A DNA stretch of 64,000 bases from a virus (lineage: Duplodnaviria > Caudoviricetes), in the IMG/VR virus record IMGVR_UViG_3300026270_000004, positions 37,471 to 101,470 of that record; one strand, written 5' to 3'. The translations under genes and the position numbers were made by a program. Shown here one piece after another: positions 29,005 to 37,658 of the stretch. Within the stretch, counting starts at the first letter, position 1. Each line of letters starts with the position of its first letter. The notes beneath the pieces are model-generated. The model had not been told where the DNA came from, did not search any database, and saw only the letters and a list, made by a program, of their open reading frames with translations.

Positions 29005-29129
29005 AAGTTGAGTTTTATGTAATGGTGAGCGAAACATTAAGCATGATGCCTAACTGTTTCGCATACCCATTATAAGCATAGATGGGCATTAATGGGCATA
29101 GTATAAGCAAATCGTTACATACTGTAATA

Positions 29130-29525
29130 TTATGCTTGATTCATCTTTACTTGCTCTTCCAGTATCCTAGTCGTTACATCCTCATTAATATATCCTTCAA
29201 TATATTCTTTACATGATGCTACAGTAGGGAATGCTGCTATCTTCTCGTATGTCCATAGTATATTTTCCTGGAATACCATAGGATTTAATACTTTATCAGT
29301 TACTTGTATGAATTGTTTCATACCTTCAGTATTACCTAGTTGGCATCCAATACGAGCATTAACACGATATTCTTCATCATTATCTGAAGAATAATATGTA
29401 TTATCAACTATAGTAAATGCTGCTAGTTGTTTATCATTAACCATAATATTATCGTCAGTAATGTATACTGACTCATAATATTTCAATTCATCGTTATCCC
29501 TAATTGCATTTGTTATTTGTTTCAT
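29130..29525 (-). CDS. Hypothetical protein
   Basis: 131-aa ORF coupled to the upstream gene. Confidence 0.75.
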   Translation of the reverse strand: MKQITNAIRDNDELKYYESVYITDDNIMVNDKQLAAFTIVDNTYYSSDNDEEYRVNARIGCQLGNTEGMKQFIQVTDKVLNPMVFQENILWTYEKIAAFPTVASCKEYIEGYINEDVTTRILEEQVKMNQA

Positions 29526-29734
29526 TCTTGCAACTCATCCAAACGATATTTGTATGCATTTTCAACTTGATCTAATAGTGGGACTACATCCACTAAGTTA
29601 TCAATTTGTGCCAACATATCAGCAATATGCTTTGATACATAAGGTTTTTCAGTCCTAGCACTAAATGATAATGCGTCCCTTAAATATTCTTGTGATGCTC
29701 TTAATGAGTCTTCTACTTGTTTACTTAGTGCCAT
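29522..29734 (-). CDS. Hypothetical protein
   Basis: MALSKQVEDSLRASQEYLRDALSFSARTEKP. Confidence 0.8.
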   Translation of the reverse strand: MALSKQVEDSLRASQEYLRDALSFSARTEKPYVSKHIADMLAQIDNLVDVVPLLDQVENAYKYRLDELQE

Positions 29735-29736
29735 AA

Positions 29737-29901
29737 TTAGTATCCATTAATGTAATCTGCTAGTGCATCGATGTATTCATCGTATGTAGCATATTTATGT
29801 TTAAATTGATCGGGGACTTCCATCACTCTGATCGGTTTATAACACTCCCTAGTAGAGTATCCCTTCTCATTAGCATAACGAGTAATGTAATTCTCCATCA
29901 T
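29737..29901 (-). CDS. Hypothetical protein (54 aa; not in ORF track)
   Basis: MMENYITRYANEKGYSTRECYKP..YDEYIDALADYINGY fills the gap. Confidence 0.65.
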   Translation of the reverse strand: MMENYITRYANEKGYSTRECYKPIRVMEVPDQFKHKYATYDEYIDALADYINGY

Positions 29902-29906
29902 AATAA

Positions 29907-30038
29907 TTAATCCAATAGTTTTTCAAAGAATGATTCAATCTCTTTAGGTAAATCATCCATCATGCCATTATCTCTTAAGAGATCATATAATTTGATGAGT
30001 TGATATTGCTCATCCCATGTGATTTCATACTTATTCAT
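29907..30038 (-). CDS. Hypothetical protein (43 aa; not in ORF track)
   Basis: MNKYEITWDEQYQLIKLYDLLRDNGMMDDLPKEIESFFEKLLD; ATGA overlap with the upstream gene. Confidence 0.65.
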   Translation of the reverse strand: MNKYEITWDEQYQLIKLYDLLRDNGMMDDLPKEIESFFEKLLD

Positions 30039-30214
30039 TGGCATAACTCCTCAAATTTCATTCTTGCTGCCTCTTCTAACATTGCCTGAGTGCCTTTACT
30101 AAATGATAACAACTCATCTAACATATCAGGTGTTAATTTATTATGAGTAGCGAAACTTTCGCATACTTCTTCAAAGCAAGTTTCTAATAATGCTTCATGA
30201 TGTAAAACTGACAT
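30035..30214 (-). CDS. Hypothetical protein
   Basis: Probable start MSVLHHEALLETCFEE (TAATG overlap). Confidence 0.7.
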   Translation of the reverse strand: MSVLHHEALLETCFEEVCESFATHNKLTPDMLDELLSFSKGTQAMLEEAARMKFEELCQ

Positions 30215-30402
30215 TAGTAAGCAGACCTCCATAATTGTTGAATAGTTTCGATTGTTGGTTTAATACCTTCATTATATTCATCATTATCATCTTTAATATT
30301 ATCCAAAGATGTAATGATTAAATCCCATTGATCTTCTGTGAAAAAATCCCACATTAGATTTAATTCTTTGTGAGTGTAATCTTTACCATTAATAGTAAAC
30401 AT
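30214..30402 (-). CDS. Hypothetical protein
   Basis: Coupled small ORF. Confidence 0.7.
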   Translation of the reverse strand: MFTINGKDYTHKELNLMWDFFTEDQWDLIITSLDNIKDDNDEYNEGIKPTIETIQQLWRSAY

Positions 30403-30404
30403 GA

Positions 30405-30818
30405 TTAATTACCTCTATCGATGACTTTATCCCATACAGATGAGAAGTGATCGTGAGTGGTGTCACCATCCTCGACAAGTCTTGAGTCGATGTCTAAGGA
30501 TGCTGCACTTGAGAAGACTTGAGCAATTAGATCGAAATCTTCTTTTGTGAGTTGTGATTGATTCATTTTTTCGTTTAATTTCCTTGACTCTTCTATTATA
30601 GTCGGAAATGACCCATATGGTGACCAAGGTGGACAGTTTGGTGACTGTCTTTGTATTGCTGCTTCAACTTGAATCAATAAATCTTCTAAATCATCATTCC
30701 ATAAAATGCCCTTGGGGACATTAGTGTCACCTCTTTCTTCATAAGGTTTATAACACCTCTTAAGAGATAATACACCTCTAATTATCTTCAGTTGATTTAG
30801 ATTTAGATTGATGTCCAT
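30405..30818 (-). CDS. Hypothetical protein, probably two fused or nested genes (internal start at 30566)
   Basis: An internal early promoter (30595-30649) precedes in-frame MNQSQLTKEDF. Confidence 0.6.
   Translation of the reverse strand: MDINLNLNQLKIIRGVLSLKRCYKPYEERGDTNVPKGILWNDDLEDLLIQVEAAIQRQSPNCPPWSPYGSFPTIIEESRKLNEKMNQSQLTKEDFDLIAQVFSSAASLDIDSRLVEDGDTTHDHFSSVWDKVIDRGN
30595..30649 (-). promoter_or_regulatory. Early promoter with upstream 6-6-6 palindrome (intragenic)
   Basis: TATAAT at 30595-30600; perfect GACAGT-N6-ACTGTC at 30632-30649. Confidence 0.7.
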
Positions 30819-30969
30819 TCATACTCACATTGTTTATAATTATTCTATTATTATTGTAATCAGGGATAAACTCTAATTTATCTTTATGATGCCATAATAA
30901 CTCCTCATAGAGTGCATTTAATCGATCCATGTCATCCCATAGATCTTCAACGGTGTCTCTATCTATCAT
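30778..30969 (-). CDS. Hypothetical protein
   Basis: LWDDMDRLNALYEELLW; co-directional. Confidence 0.7.
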   Translation of the reverse strand: MIDRDTVEDLWDDMDRLNALYEELLWHHKDKLEFIPDYNNNRIIINNVSMNGHQSKSKSTEDN

Positions 30970-30970
30970 A

Positions 30971-31606
30971 TTATCCTGGAACTATATTAGCACTAAGTGT
31001 AATCAATTCATTGTTAGGGTTACTGTCATAACCAAATGTTAGATTACTAGGGAATGTAATAATATCACCTTCTGCCATCTTAAATGTTGCTTCAGTCATA
31101 TTATATTGGGTTAACTGTTTACTATTAATTTGCATAATAGGATAATGATTAGATCCCACATTCTTTCTCCATTTAATATAACTATGTGCCTCTGGGTTGT
31201 AGTTAATTAAGTAGATAGAATGATATAAACAATTACTCACCTCATGTGGTGCATAAATTGCATCTTTATTTGCTAATTCTAAATATGATTCATTAACTTT
31301 AAGATCACAATCATAGTGCATTGAGTTATCATTATGCTGACTAATTGCCTTTTTAAATGCATCAGCAACATCAGGTAAATCAATTAATAGTTTATTACTT
31401 TCACCAATTTGTACAACATTGTGAGTAATACTTTCTCTACCTGATTTCTTCAATATATCTTCTTCACCCATCCAATTTAGGATTTGAGTTTTAAGATTAT
31501 CGTGATTAGTAATAGTATATTTAGAGATAGGAATAGGAAATAAACCATATGTTTCATTGGTTATTTTATCTTCTAATTTATCACTTAGTGGATGCTTATC
31601 TGTCAT
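30971..31606 (-). CDS. 2OG-Fe(II) oxygenase-like protein (TIGR02466-like), metal ligands degenerate
   Basis: LFPIPI N-terminus and EGDIITFPSNL C-terminal pattern, but HxH reads HEV and the distal His is Phe. Confidence 0.7.
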   Translation of the reverse strand: MTDKHPLSDKLEDKITNETYGLFPIPISKYTITNHDNLKTQILNWMGEEDILKKSGRESITHNVVQIGESNKLLIDLPDVADAFKKAISQHNDNSMHYDCDLKVNESYLELANKDAIYAPHEVSNCLYHSIYLINYNPEAHSYIKWRKNVGSNHYPIMQINSKQLTQYNMTEATFKMAEGDIITFPSNLTFGYDSNPNNELITLSANIVPG

Positions 31607-31611
31607 TTTAA

Positions 31612-32262
31612 TTAATTAATTGGTGGGTCTTGTTCATACCATTTCTTAGGTATTGGTATGTTTGGATCTAACATTGAATCATTTAATTTAATACCAGTTG
31701 GATTAAATGTAGGGAAAACTAATCCCCAACTACATCTATATCCTTCAGTTGGTGCTTCACCTCTGTGCAAAGTATAGGAATTAAATATAACTAATCTTCC
31801 TTCCTTAAATGATATTCTTTCCTCTTGATTGTCTTTATTAATTATAACACAATCTCCAGAATTGCCATATCCCATGTATATAACTGATAGATAATTTTCA
31901 GTTGGATTGTTTGCATCTGAATCACGATGATTAGTCCCTGACATACTATCATCTTTCAATGCAAATTGTCCATTATGTAAACATCTAACAGTATTAGTTA
32001 TGTTTAATTCTTTACATATATCATTCTTAATTGCATCTATTAAGTACCAAATAAAATAGTGTGGTGTTTCACTTAGTTGCCATTGATCCTCAATGAGTAA
32101 CATATTACCCATGAAACGTGCGTGAGCATTCTTCTTCCATGATGGATCAACTAAACTACAATTATCCCACCTGACTGGTATCATTGCCATGTAATCTCTT
32201 ACATCTTTAACTAACCAATCAGGGAAATAATTATCTATTACTTTGTATTCACCTTCTTTCAC
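31612..32262 (-). CDS. 2OG-Fe(II) oxygenase (prolyl-hydroxylase-like)
   Basis: VIDNYF, HRD and GRLVIFNSYTLH..R motifs; probable GTG start at 32262. Confidence 0.8.
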   Translation of the reverse strand: MKEGEYKVIDNYFPDWLVKDVRDYMAMIPVRWDNCSLVDPSWKKNAHARFMGNMLLIEDQWQLSETPHYFIWYLIDAIKNDICKELNITNTVRCLHNGQFALKDDSMSGTNHRDSDANNPTENYLSVIYMGYGNSGDCVIINKDNQEERISFKEGRLVIFNSYTLHRGEAPTEGYRCSWGLVFPTFNPTGIKLNDSMLDPNIPIPKKWYEQDPPIN

Positions 32263-32440
32263 GATCTTTCTTCGCCTGCGTTGCTTTAGCAATGATATTC
32301 TTTAACTCTTCAGTAGCATTTATCCTCTCAGATATTGACTGATTGAGTTCATCTGCATCCATTTCCATGTCTGCATACTTTGCAGTTAATTCTTGCAATT
32401 TGCGTAATGCTCTTGCTGCTTCAGTCCCTTGATCACTCAT
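32249..32440 (-). CDS. Hypothetical helical protein
   Basis: Coupled small ORF. Confidence 0.65.
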   Translation of the reverse strand: MSDQGTEAARALRKLQELTAKYADMEMDADELNQSISERINATEELKNIIAKATQAKKDRERR

Positions 32441-32703
32441 AATTTATAATCAATAAACTCTTTATTTGTGATGTTATTTGTTAACAATTCTTGGGCATCT
32501 TTGAGCAATTTTGCCCTATTGTCATGATAACTTATGCTATCTGCTAGTGCTGTCCTTACACACTTAACAAACTCACCTGGTGTGAGAATTTCACTCTCAA
32601 CATAATCTACTATTGCATCACGAATATGCTCAACACATGCCTTTACATCTTGGTTATGCATTGCTGCTGGATGCTCTGTTTCTGTTACATTAATGTTAGT
32701 CAA
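32437..32703 (-). CDS. Hypothetical protein
   Basis: Coupled ORF. Confidence 0.7.
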   Translation of the reverse strand: MTNINVTETEHPAAMHNQDVKACVEHIRDAIVDYVESEILTPGEFVKCVRTALADSISYHDNRAKLLKDAQELLTNNITNKEFIDYKL

Positions 32704-32899
32704 TGATCCTATACTCCCAATTAGTATCGTTTTCTTTGTTTATCCAAAACCAAAAGTCTGGATTATCTAATGATGAGCAAAATAGTTTATCTGATCTATT
32801 ATGCTCTAAGCGTACAATATTCTTACTATTCAAATATGTACACCATGTGAGTCTTGATTGCTCACTTATGGGTGATACCCATACCTTCTGTCTAAGCAT
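32696..32899 (-). CDS. Hypothetical protein
   Basis: Overlaps both neighbours by 8 nt. Confidence 0.7.
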   Translation of the reverse strand: MLRQKVWVSPISEQSRLTWCTYLNSKNIVRLEHNRSDKLFCSSLDNPDFWFWINKENDTNWEYRIID

Positions 32900-33728
32900 C
32901 TAGTCTAGTTAATAAATTATCTTGCAATGGTTTGACTCTATCAACACACATCTTATGATATGTATCATCAATTTCAAAACCAATGAAGTTTCTGAGCATT
33001 TCTAGGCAAACTTGGGCAGTTGTACCACTACCCATGAAAGGATCTAAAATTAGATCACCTTCGTTACTCCATGTATGTATGTGACCACGTGCTAATTCTT
33101 CTGGCATTGTAGCAGGATGTTTGTATGATGTCTTACTTGACTGTCCAAACCCTCCACTATTCTTAATCCTCCAGATATTAGTCCTCACACCCCACTCTTT
33201 AATCTCTTTACTCTTTTTACCAGGATCCTTGATTGATCCATCCTTACTCCTAGTCTGTGCATTACCCCATGACTGGTGACCTGCCCACTTATTCTTTTTA
33301 TCACATAATAAATTAACTGTCTTTGGTTTACCCTTAGACAATATAAAACAATACTCAAATTGTTGAGTATATCTTACTGATTTAACACCACTAGCAAATG
33401 CTGTGCCTGTCTTCTCATATATCATTGTATCATGTAACCTTAAACCAATGTCCATGAAATGTAATGCTTGTCTGAATGATGATCCAGACTCACTCCCTTT
33501 AATGGTAGCATCATTTACATTCCACATAATAACACCACCAGGTTTCAGCACTCTATTTAATTGTGCTGCAACTGAATAGAATACATTCATATCCCATTTA
33601 CTGCTGTCATTATATGTGCGTAGGTCATCATATGGTGGGGATGTAACAACGAGATCAACACTCTCATCATCCATCCTCTCCATTCCTGCTATACAATTTA
33701 ACTTGTATGTTTTATTAATGTCTAGCAT
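32892..33728 (-). CDS. DNA N4-cytosine/N6-adenine methyltransferase (beta class)
   Basis: VTSPPY catalytic motif precedes HPATMP and the DPFMGSGTT SAM-binding motif. Confidence 0.93.
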   Translation of the reverse strand: MLDINKTYKLNCIAGMERMDDESVDLVVTSPPYDDLRTYNDSSKWDMNVFYSVAAQLNRVLKPGGVIMWNVNDATIKGSESGSSFRQALHFMDIGLRLHDTMIYEKTGTAFASGVKSVRYTQQFEYCFILSKGKPKTVNLLCDKKNKWAGHQSWGNAQTRSKDGSIKDPGKKSKEIKEWGVRTNIWRIKNSGGFGQSSKTSYKHPATMPEELARGHIHTWSNEGDLILDPFMGSGTTAQVCLEMLRNFIGFEIDDTYHKMCVDRVKPLQDNLLTRLDA

Positions 33729-34339
33729 ACTGCTTCTTTAATAAACTTCACCCACGTTGGATTTGATTTAATACTTCCACTATACACTACAATATCATTA
33801 AAGTCAACGTTAGACATGCATTTCAATGAACTAAAGTTAGAGGATCCAGACTGATCATTATACTCTGTCCACTTCCTTGCACTATCATCAATGGTGACTG
33901 TTTGCCACTCTGTTACTCTATCCTTTTCAATAGTATATCTGAATACTAGTGTGACCTCACATTTACTATCTAATACTTTAAGGTTACCAATACATGCTGT
34001 GGCACCATCCTTACCACCTGAGCATTTAACTTCTAATGGTATCTCTTGACCATTGCCAACATATTTGTAATCCATACCCTTACCAATACCTTCCTTAGTA
34101 ATTGGTAGATCCTTAATAATATGTGTGATGCAGTTATTAATTGAGTTTTGAATGATCTTAGTTGCTGCCTGTGTTTGTTGGTTGCTATCATTCTCACTAT
34201 CACCAACTAGATCTTCCCATGATGAATGCTCACAATATGGTGCAGTAATGAAGTGCTTGATGCACTCATTTATCATTGCTGGTAATTCTCTGTCAATGAT
34301 AGCGATGCACTCATTTAATGTCTTTTCTCTGAGTTTCAT
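33722..34339 (-). CDS. Putative PD-(D/E)XK endonuclease (type II REase candidate)
   Basis: GMDY-x9-LEVK motif; overlaps the methyltransferase start by 7 nt. Confidence 0.55.
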   Translation of the reverse strand: MKLREKTLNECIAIIDRELPAMINECIKHFITAPYCEHSSWEDLVGDSENDSNQQTQAATKIIQNSINNCITHIIKDLPITKEGIGKGMDYKYVGNGQEIPLEVKCSGGKDGATACIGNLKVLDSKCEVTLVFRYTIEKDRVTEWQTVTIDDSARKWTEYNDQSGSSNFSSLKCMSNVDFNDIVVYSGSIKSNPTWVKFIKEAVC

Positions 34340-34362
34340 AGGTCATTTAATTCTATAGTACC

Positions 34363-34418
34363 ATTATAACTCAATCTGAGTCATCTGTATCAGCAATGCC
34401 ACCAGTTCCTAAACTGGC
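34363..34418 (-). promoter_or_regulatory. Early promoter with upstream 6-6-6 palindrome
   Basis: TATAAT at 34363-34368; ACCAGT-N6-ACTGGC at 34401-34418. Confidence 0.65.
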
Positions 34419-35321
34419 ATATAGTCCTAGTCTCTTGTTAATTAAATTACCATAGTCTTCATGCAACTCACATCCCAAATAAAATCTACCTAACTCTTTA
34501 GATACCATTGCTGTGGTGCCTGATCCCATAAATGGATCTAGAATTACATCACCTTTCTTACTACCTGCTTTAATGCATGGTACTATAAGATCTCTTGGGA
34601 ATGTAGCAAAATGTGATCCCTTGTAAGGTTTATTTGTTACTGACCAGACAGATCGTTTATTCTTTGTTGGATATGATTTCTCAAGTCCTGAATGTGGTGC
34701 CAGTCCTGTCCCTTTGTTGTGATATTTTCCTTTTGATCTGTCTCTTGTTCCCCAGTCTTGTGCTGGTTCTTTGATTGCTTCATTATCGTAATAATAGTTT
34801 TTACTTTTAGATAATAAAAAGATATACTCATGTGATTTAGTACATCTATCCTTTACACTCTCAGGCATTGGGTTAGGTTTATGCCAAATAATATCTTGAC
34901 GTAAGTACCAACCATCATTGCGTAGTGCAAATGCTAACATCCAAGGGATGCCAATTAAATCTTTTGATTTTAAATTCTTAAACTTATTACCCCTGACTGG
35001 TGTCTTATCAGGTAGATCTTGTTTAGTCTTACTTACTGATTGTTTAGGATAATTACCATCGCTACGATAATTATAATAACTATCACCAATATTTAACCAT
35101 AGGGTACCATCATCCTTCAATACATCACGTACCAATCTAAATGTGTTGACTAACTCTTGTACGTAGTCCTCTGGTGTTTGCTCTAATCCAATTTGTTGAT
35201 CCTCTCCACCATAGTCTCTTAGACCATAATAAGGTGGGGATGTAACACACATTTGGGCACTTTTGGGCAGAAATCCACTTAGTGTATTTCTACAGTCTCC
35301 ATATAATATGGTATCCTTCAT
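34371..35321 (-). CDS. DNA N4-cytosine/N6-adenine methyltransferase (beta class)
   Basis: VTSPPYYGLRDYG, IIWHKPNPMPESVKDR, HFATFP and DPFMGSGTT motifs. Confidence 0.94.
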   Translation of the reverse strand: MKDTILYGDCRNTLSGFLPKSAQMCVTSPPYYGLRDYGGEDQQIGLEQTPEDYVQELVNTFRLVRDVLKDDGTLWLNIGDSYYNYRSDGNYPKQSVSKTKQDLPDKTPVRGNKFKNLKSKDLIGIPWMLAFALRNDGWYLRQDIIWHKPNPMPESVKDRCTKSHEYIFLLSKSKNYYYDNEAIKEPAQDWGTRDRSKGKYHNKGTGLAPHSGLEKSYPTKNKRSVWSVTNKPYKGSHFATFPRDLIVPCIKAGSKKGDVILDPFMGSGTTAMVSKELGRFYLGCELHEDYGNLINKRLGLYASLGTGGIADTDDSD

Positions 35322-35590
35322 TCTTTCTTAGGATATGTTATATCATATTCTATCACGATTTTCTTGGACTGTCTACCCACTGAGTTACTTGTTTCAAGAT
35401 ATGTATACTCACCCTTGATTAATTCTTGCATAGTCCTCTTATCTAATCCACATAAGAATTCAGCATTCTCTATTGCTGCTTTAACTGACTCCAGACCATC
35501 AGGTTTCTTATCCTTAGTGAAACCATTAAGATCTGTTTGTTTAGCATTCTCTAATGCCTTGTCAATATCTAAATGAAATTCGTCACTCAT
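35318..35590 (-). CDS. Hypothetical protein
   Basis: Coupled ORF with SKKIVIEYD near the C-terminus. Confidence 0.7.
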   Translation of the reverse strand: MSDEFHLDIDKALENAKQTDLNGFTKDKKPDGLESVKAAIENAEFLCGLDKRTMQELIKGEYTYLETSNSVGRQSKKIVIEYDITYPKKE

Positions 35591-35766
35591 TGCTTTGTTG
35601 TATTGCTGCGTGTCCTATTAATAATACTGATAAACTTATCACCAGCAAATGTACCACCTAAGCATACATCTATTTCATCTCCATCCTTCCAATTAACATC
35701 ACCATTCATTTTGGTGTGCTGCATTGCAACTTGGATCTTATCAATTACATCTTGTGTTAATCTCAT
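35587..35766 (-). CDS. Hypothetical protein (59 aa; not in ORF track)
   Basis: MRLTQDVIDKIQVAMQHTKMNGDVNWKDGDEIDVCLGGTFAGDKFISIINRTRSNTTKQ; ATGA overlaps on both sides. Confidence 0.75.
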   Translation of the reverse strand: MRLTQDVIDKIQVAMQHTKMNGDVNWKDGDEIDVCLGGTFAGDKFISIINRTRSNTTKQ

Positions 35767-36101
35767 TTCTTTTTACCTGTAATATCTTCTGGTAGGTCTT
35801 CATTACCTGGATGATCTCTGATCACTCCCTTATAATTCTTCTTGTTATAAAAATGCTCATCCTCTATCTCCATATCATCCCACTCATGAGGATATACTAA
35901 GACATTACTCTCTCTGTATCCATGCATGGTGCCTTCTTCCTCTCTCCTATTCATACTAACTGTGATATAGTCATCACTTATGAAATTAATGGTGCCTTCT
36001 TCCCCACTCTTGAGTCTAACAGGCATGCCTCTCTTAAGAGACTTAAGGATGTTTCTCATTTCTATTGGAATTGCCTCCGCAATGAATAATGGTATAGTCA
36101 T
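35763..36101 (-). CDS. Hypothetical protein
   Basis: G.INFISDDYITV..NVLVYP; coupled ORF. Confidence 0.7.
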   Translation of the reverse strand: MTIPLFIAEAIPIEMRNILKSLKRGMPVRLKSGEEGTINFISDDYITVSMNRREEEGTMHGYRESNVLVYPHEWDDMEIEDEHFYNKKNYKGVIRDHPGNEDLPEDITGKKK

Positions 36102-36712
36102 AAGATTAGATGATGGTCGTCATAACCATATTCACCTCTTAATATGTAATTGAATGCCATAGAATACCTCTCCTGATTACTATTATTAATACTAATAGAA
36201 TGTGTTAAATGTGCAGGAAATATTACTATCATACCATCTTTAACTGGTATTCTAGACTCCCTCATATTATGAATGTTATACTCTTTAACCTCTGGATATA
36301 GAGTCTGAGTACACCATGTAGGTATCATAGATGGGACATAAAATATTATATCCCCACTATTAGGTGGTACCTTGAAATACATAACACCACTAAACATGGC
36401 ATTATTGTGAGCATGACCATGCCCACTATCACCAGGATTATGTTTATTAACCCATGATGATGTATGTTCTAATTGATGTTTAGTCTCATCGACTTGTAAC
36501 ACATCATAGACATATTTTGATAAATTATACTCAACAGTTGCCCTTACTTCTGGTTGTGATTTCAACCACTGAGTCTGACTCATCCAACCGTTGCTATATC
36601 CTCCATTGTCTGATTGACATTGTGTGTCCATGACTGACTGAATCATATCATCAGTCATATCTGTTTTGTTAATATATAATGGTTGAGAAAATAATGGTAC
36701 TATTTGATGCAT
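36098..36712 (-). CDS. 2OG-Fe(II) oxygenase (TIGR02466-like)
   Basis: SWVN, HAHNNAMFSGVMY, IFPAHLTH and RYSMAFN motifs. Confidence 0.9.
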   Translation of the reverse strand: MHQIVPLFSQPLYINKTDMTDDMIQSVMDTQCQSDNGGYSNGWMSQTQWLKSQPEVRATVEYNLSKYVYDVLQVDETKHQLEHTSSWVNKHNPGDSGHGHAHNNAMFSGVMYFKVPPNSGDIIFYVPSMIPTWCTQTLYPEVKEYNIHNMRESRIPVKDGMIVIFPAHLTHSISINNSNQERYSMAFNYILRGEYGYDDHHLIL

Positions 36713-36948
36713 CAGATATGCTTCATGTGCAGTTTGTCAATGATCGACTCAATCAATCCTTTATCGGCATCCGATACTTTGCCTTGCGATTCGCAGGCAT
36801 CCTTTTGATAAAAGAATAATGCTTTCTTTAATAACTCTTTTTGATCGTGATCTAAGATAGCAGTTTTGAGTGACATGTACATAGTTGACCCCTTCCCCAT
36901 TAGGTCTTTTGCGGAACTATTTATTAGTCTATCCAGTCTATCACTCAT
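36712..36948 (-). CDS. Hypothetical protein
   Basis: Coupled small ORF. Confidence 0.65.
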   Translation of the reverse strand: MSDRLDRLINSSAKDLMGKGSTMYMSLKTAILDHDQKELLKKALFFYQKDACESQGKVSDADKGLIESIIDKLHMKHI

Positions 36949-37658
36949 GTCAATAGAATGTCCTTGATTGTTTTGGAATCAAAACCGATGACTCCCATAT
37001 CCATTGGTGGTGCCTTACCTACCTTATTGTCCTCCTCTGCTTTAGAGAATAAACCTTGTCTTGTATCTGGTTCCATATATTTGAATGACATAATATATCT
37101 ATTCACTGGGTATCTATTAGTTGGTGGTCTCCCTGTGTGTGGTACCCGACCATCAAATAATACTATTCTACCAGGTTTAGGTGATACTATTCTTTGAGCA
37201 TTTAACTCATGATCATAGAATATAGTTTCACCACCAAAATTAGGATGATCTAAATCTGGATTAAGATATAATAATACTGTCTTGTTATCCTCCACCCAGT
37301 ACGGTGCATCAACATGCACACCTGGTGTATCACCAGGTTTTAAACAATTAATATATGCACTATACAACCACTCTCTTGGGGGCATTTCTGGGCAAACTGC
37401 TTCCAAATATGTGAGACATTCTAAGTATAGTGGATCATTACTTGCATCTAATCCTGTGTTATCAAAGTAAGTAGGATCATCGATTGGTACAAAATTATAT
37501 AATTGATGTGTCCAATAATTATTACGAATATCTACCTCTGGTCTGTCTGGACATGGTGGATCATCAGTCCTAGTACACATGTAAGGTAGAAACATCACCT
37601 TATCAAATAGTTCTTGTGATGATAATTTAGTATCAAATACTTTAATGGGATAATTCAT
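36945..37658 (-). CDS. 2OG-Fe(II) oxygenase (prolyl-4-hydroxylase-like)
   Basis: HVD, TVLLYLN, GGETIF and PGRIVLFDGRVPH..R motifs; probable start MNYPIK. Confidence 0.88.
   Translation of the reverse strand: MNYPIKVFDTKLSSQELFDKVMFLPYMCTRTDDPPCPDRPEVDIRNNYWTHQLYNFVPIDDPTYFDNTGLDASNDPLYLECLTYLEAVCPEMPPREWLYSAYINCLKPGDTPGVHVDAPYWVEDNKTVLLYLNPDLDHPNFGGETIFYDHELNAQRIVSPKPGRIVLFDGRVPHTGRPPTNRYPVNRYIMSFKYMEPDTRQGLFSKAEEDNKVGKAPPMDMGVIGFDSKTIKDILLT

Noticed and set aside
29112-29128. Possible NtcA site (gttacatactgtaa)
   Set aside because: Does not match GTA-N8-TAC; a weak TTAC-N6-GTAA palindrome could be chance.
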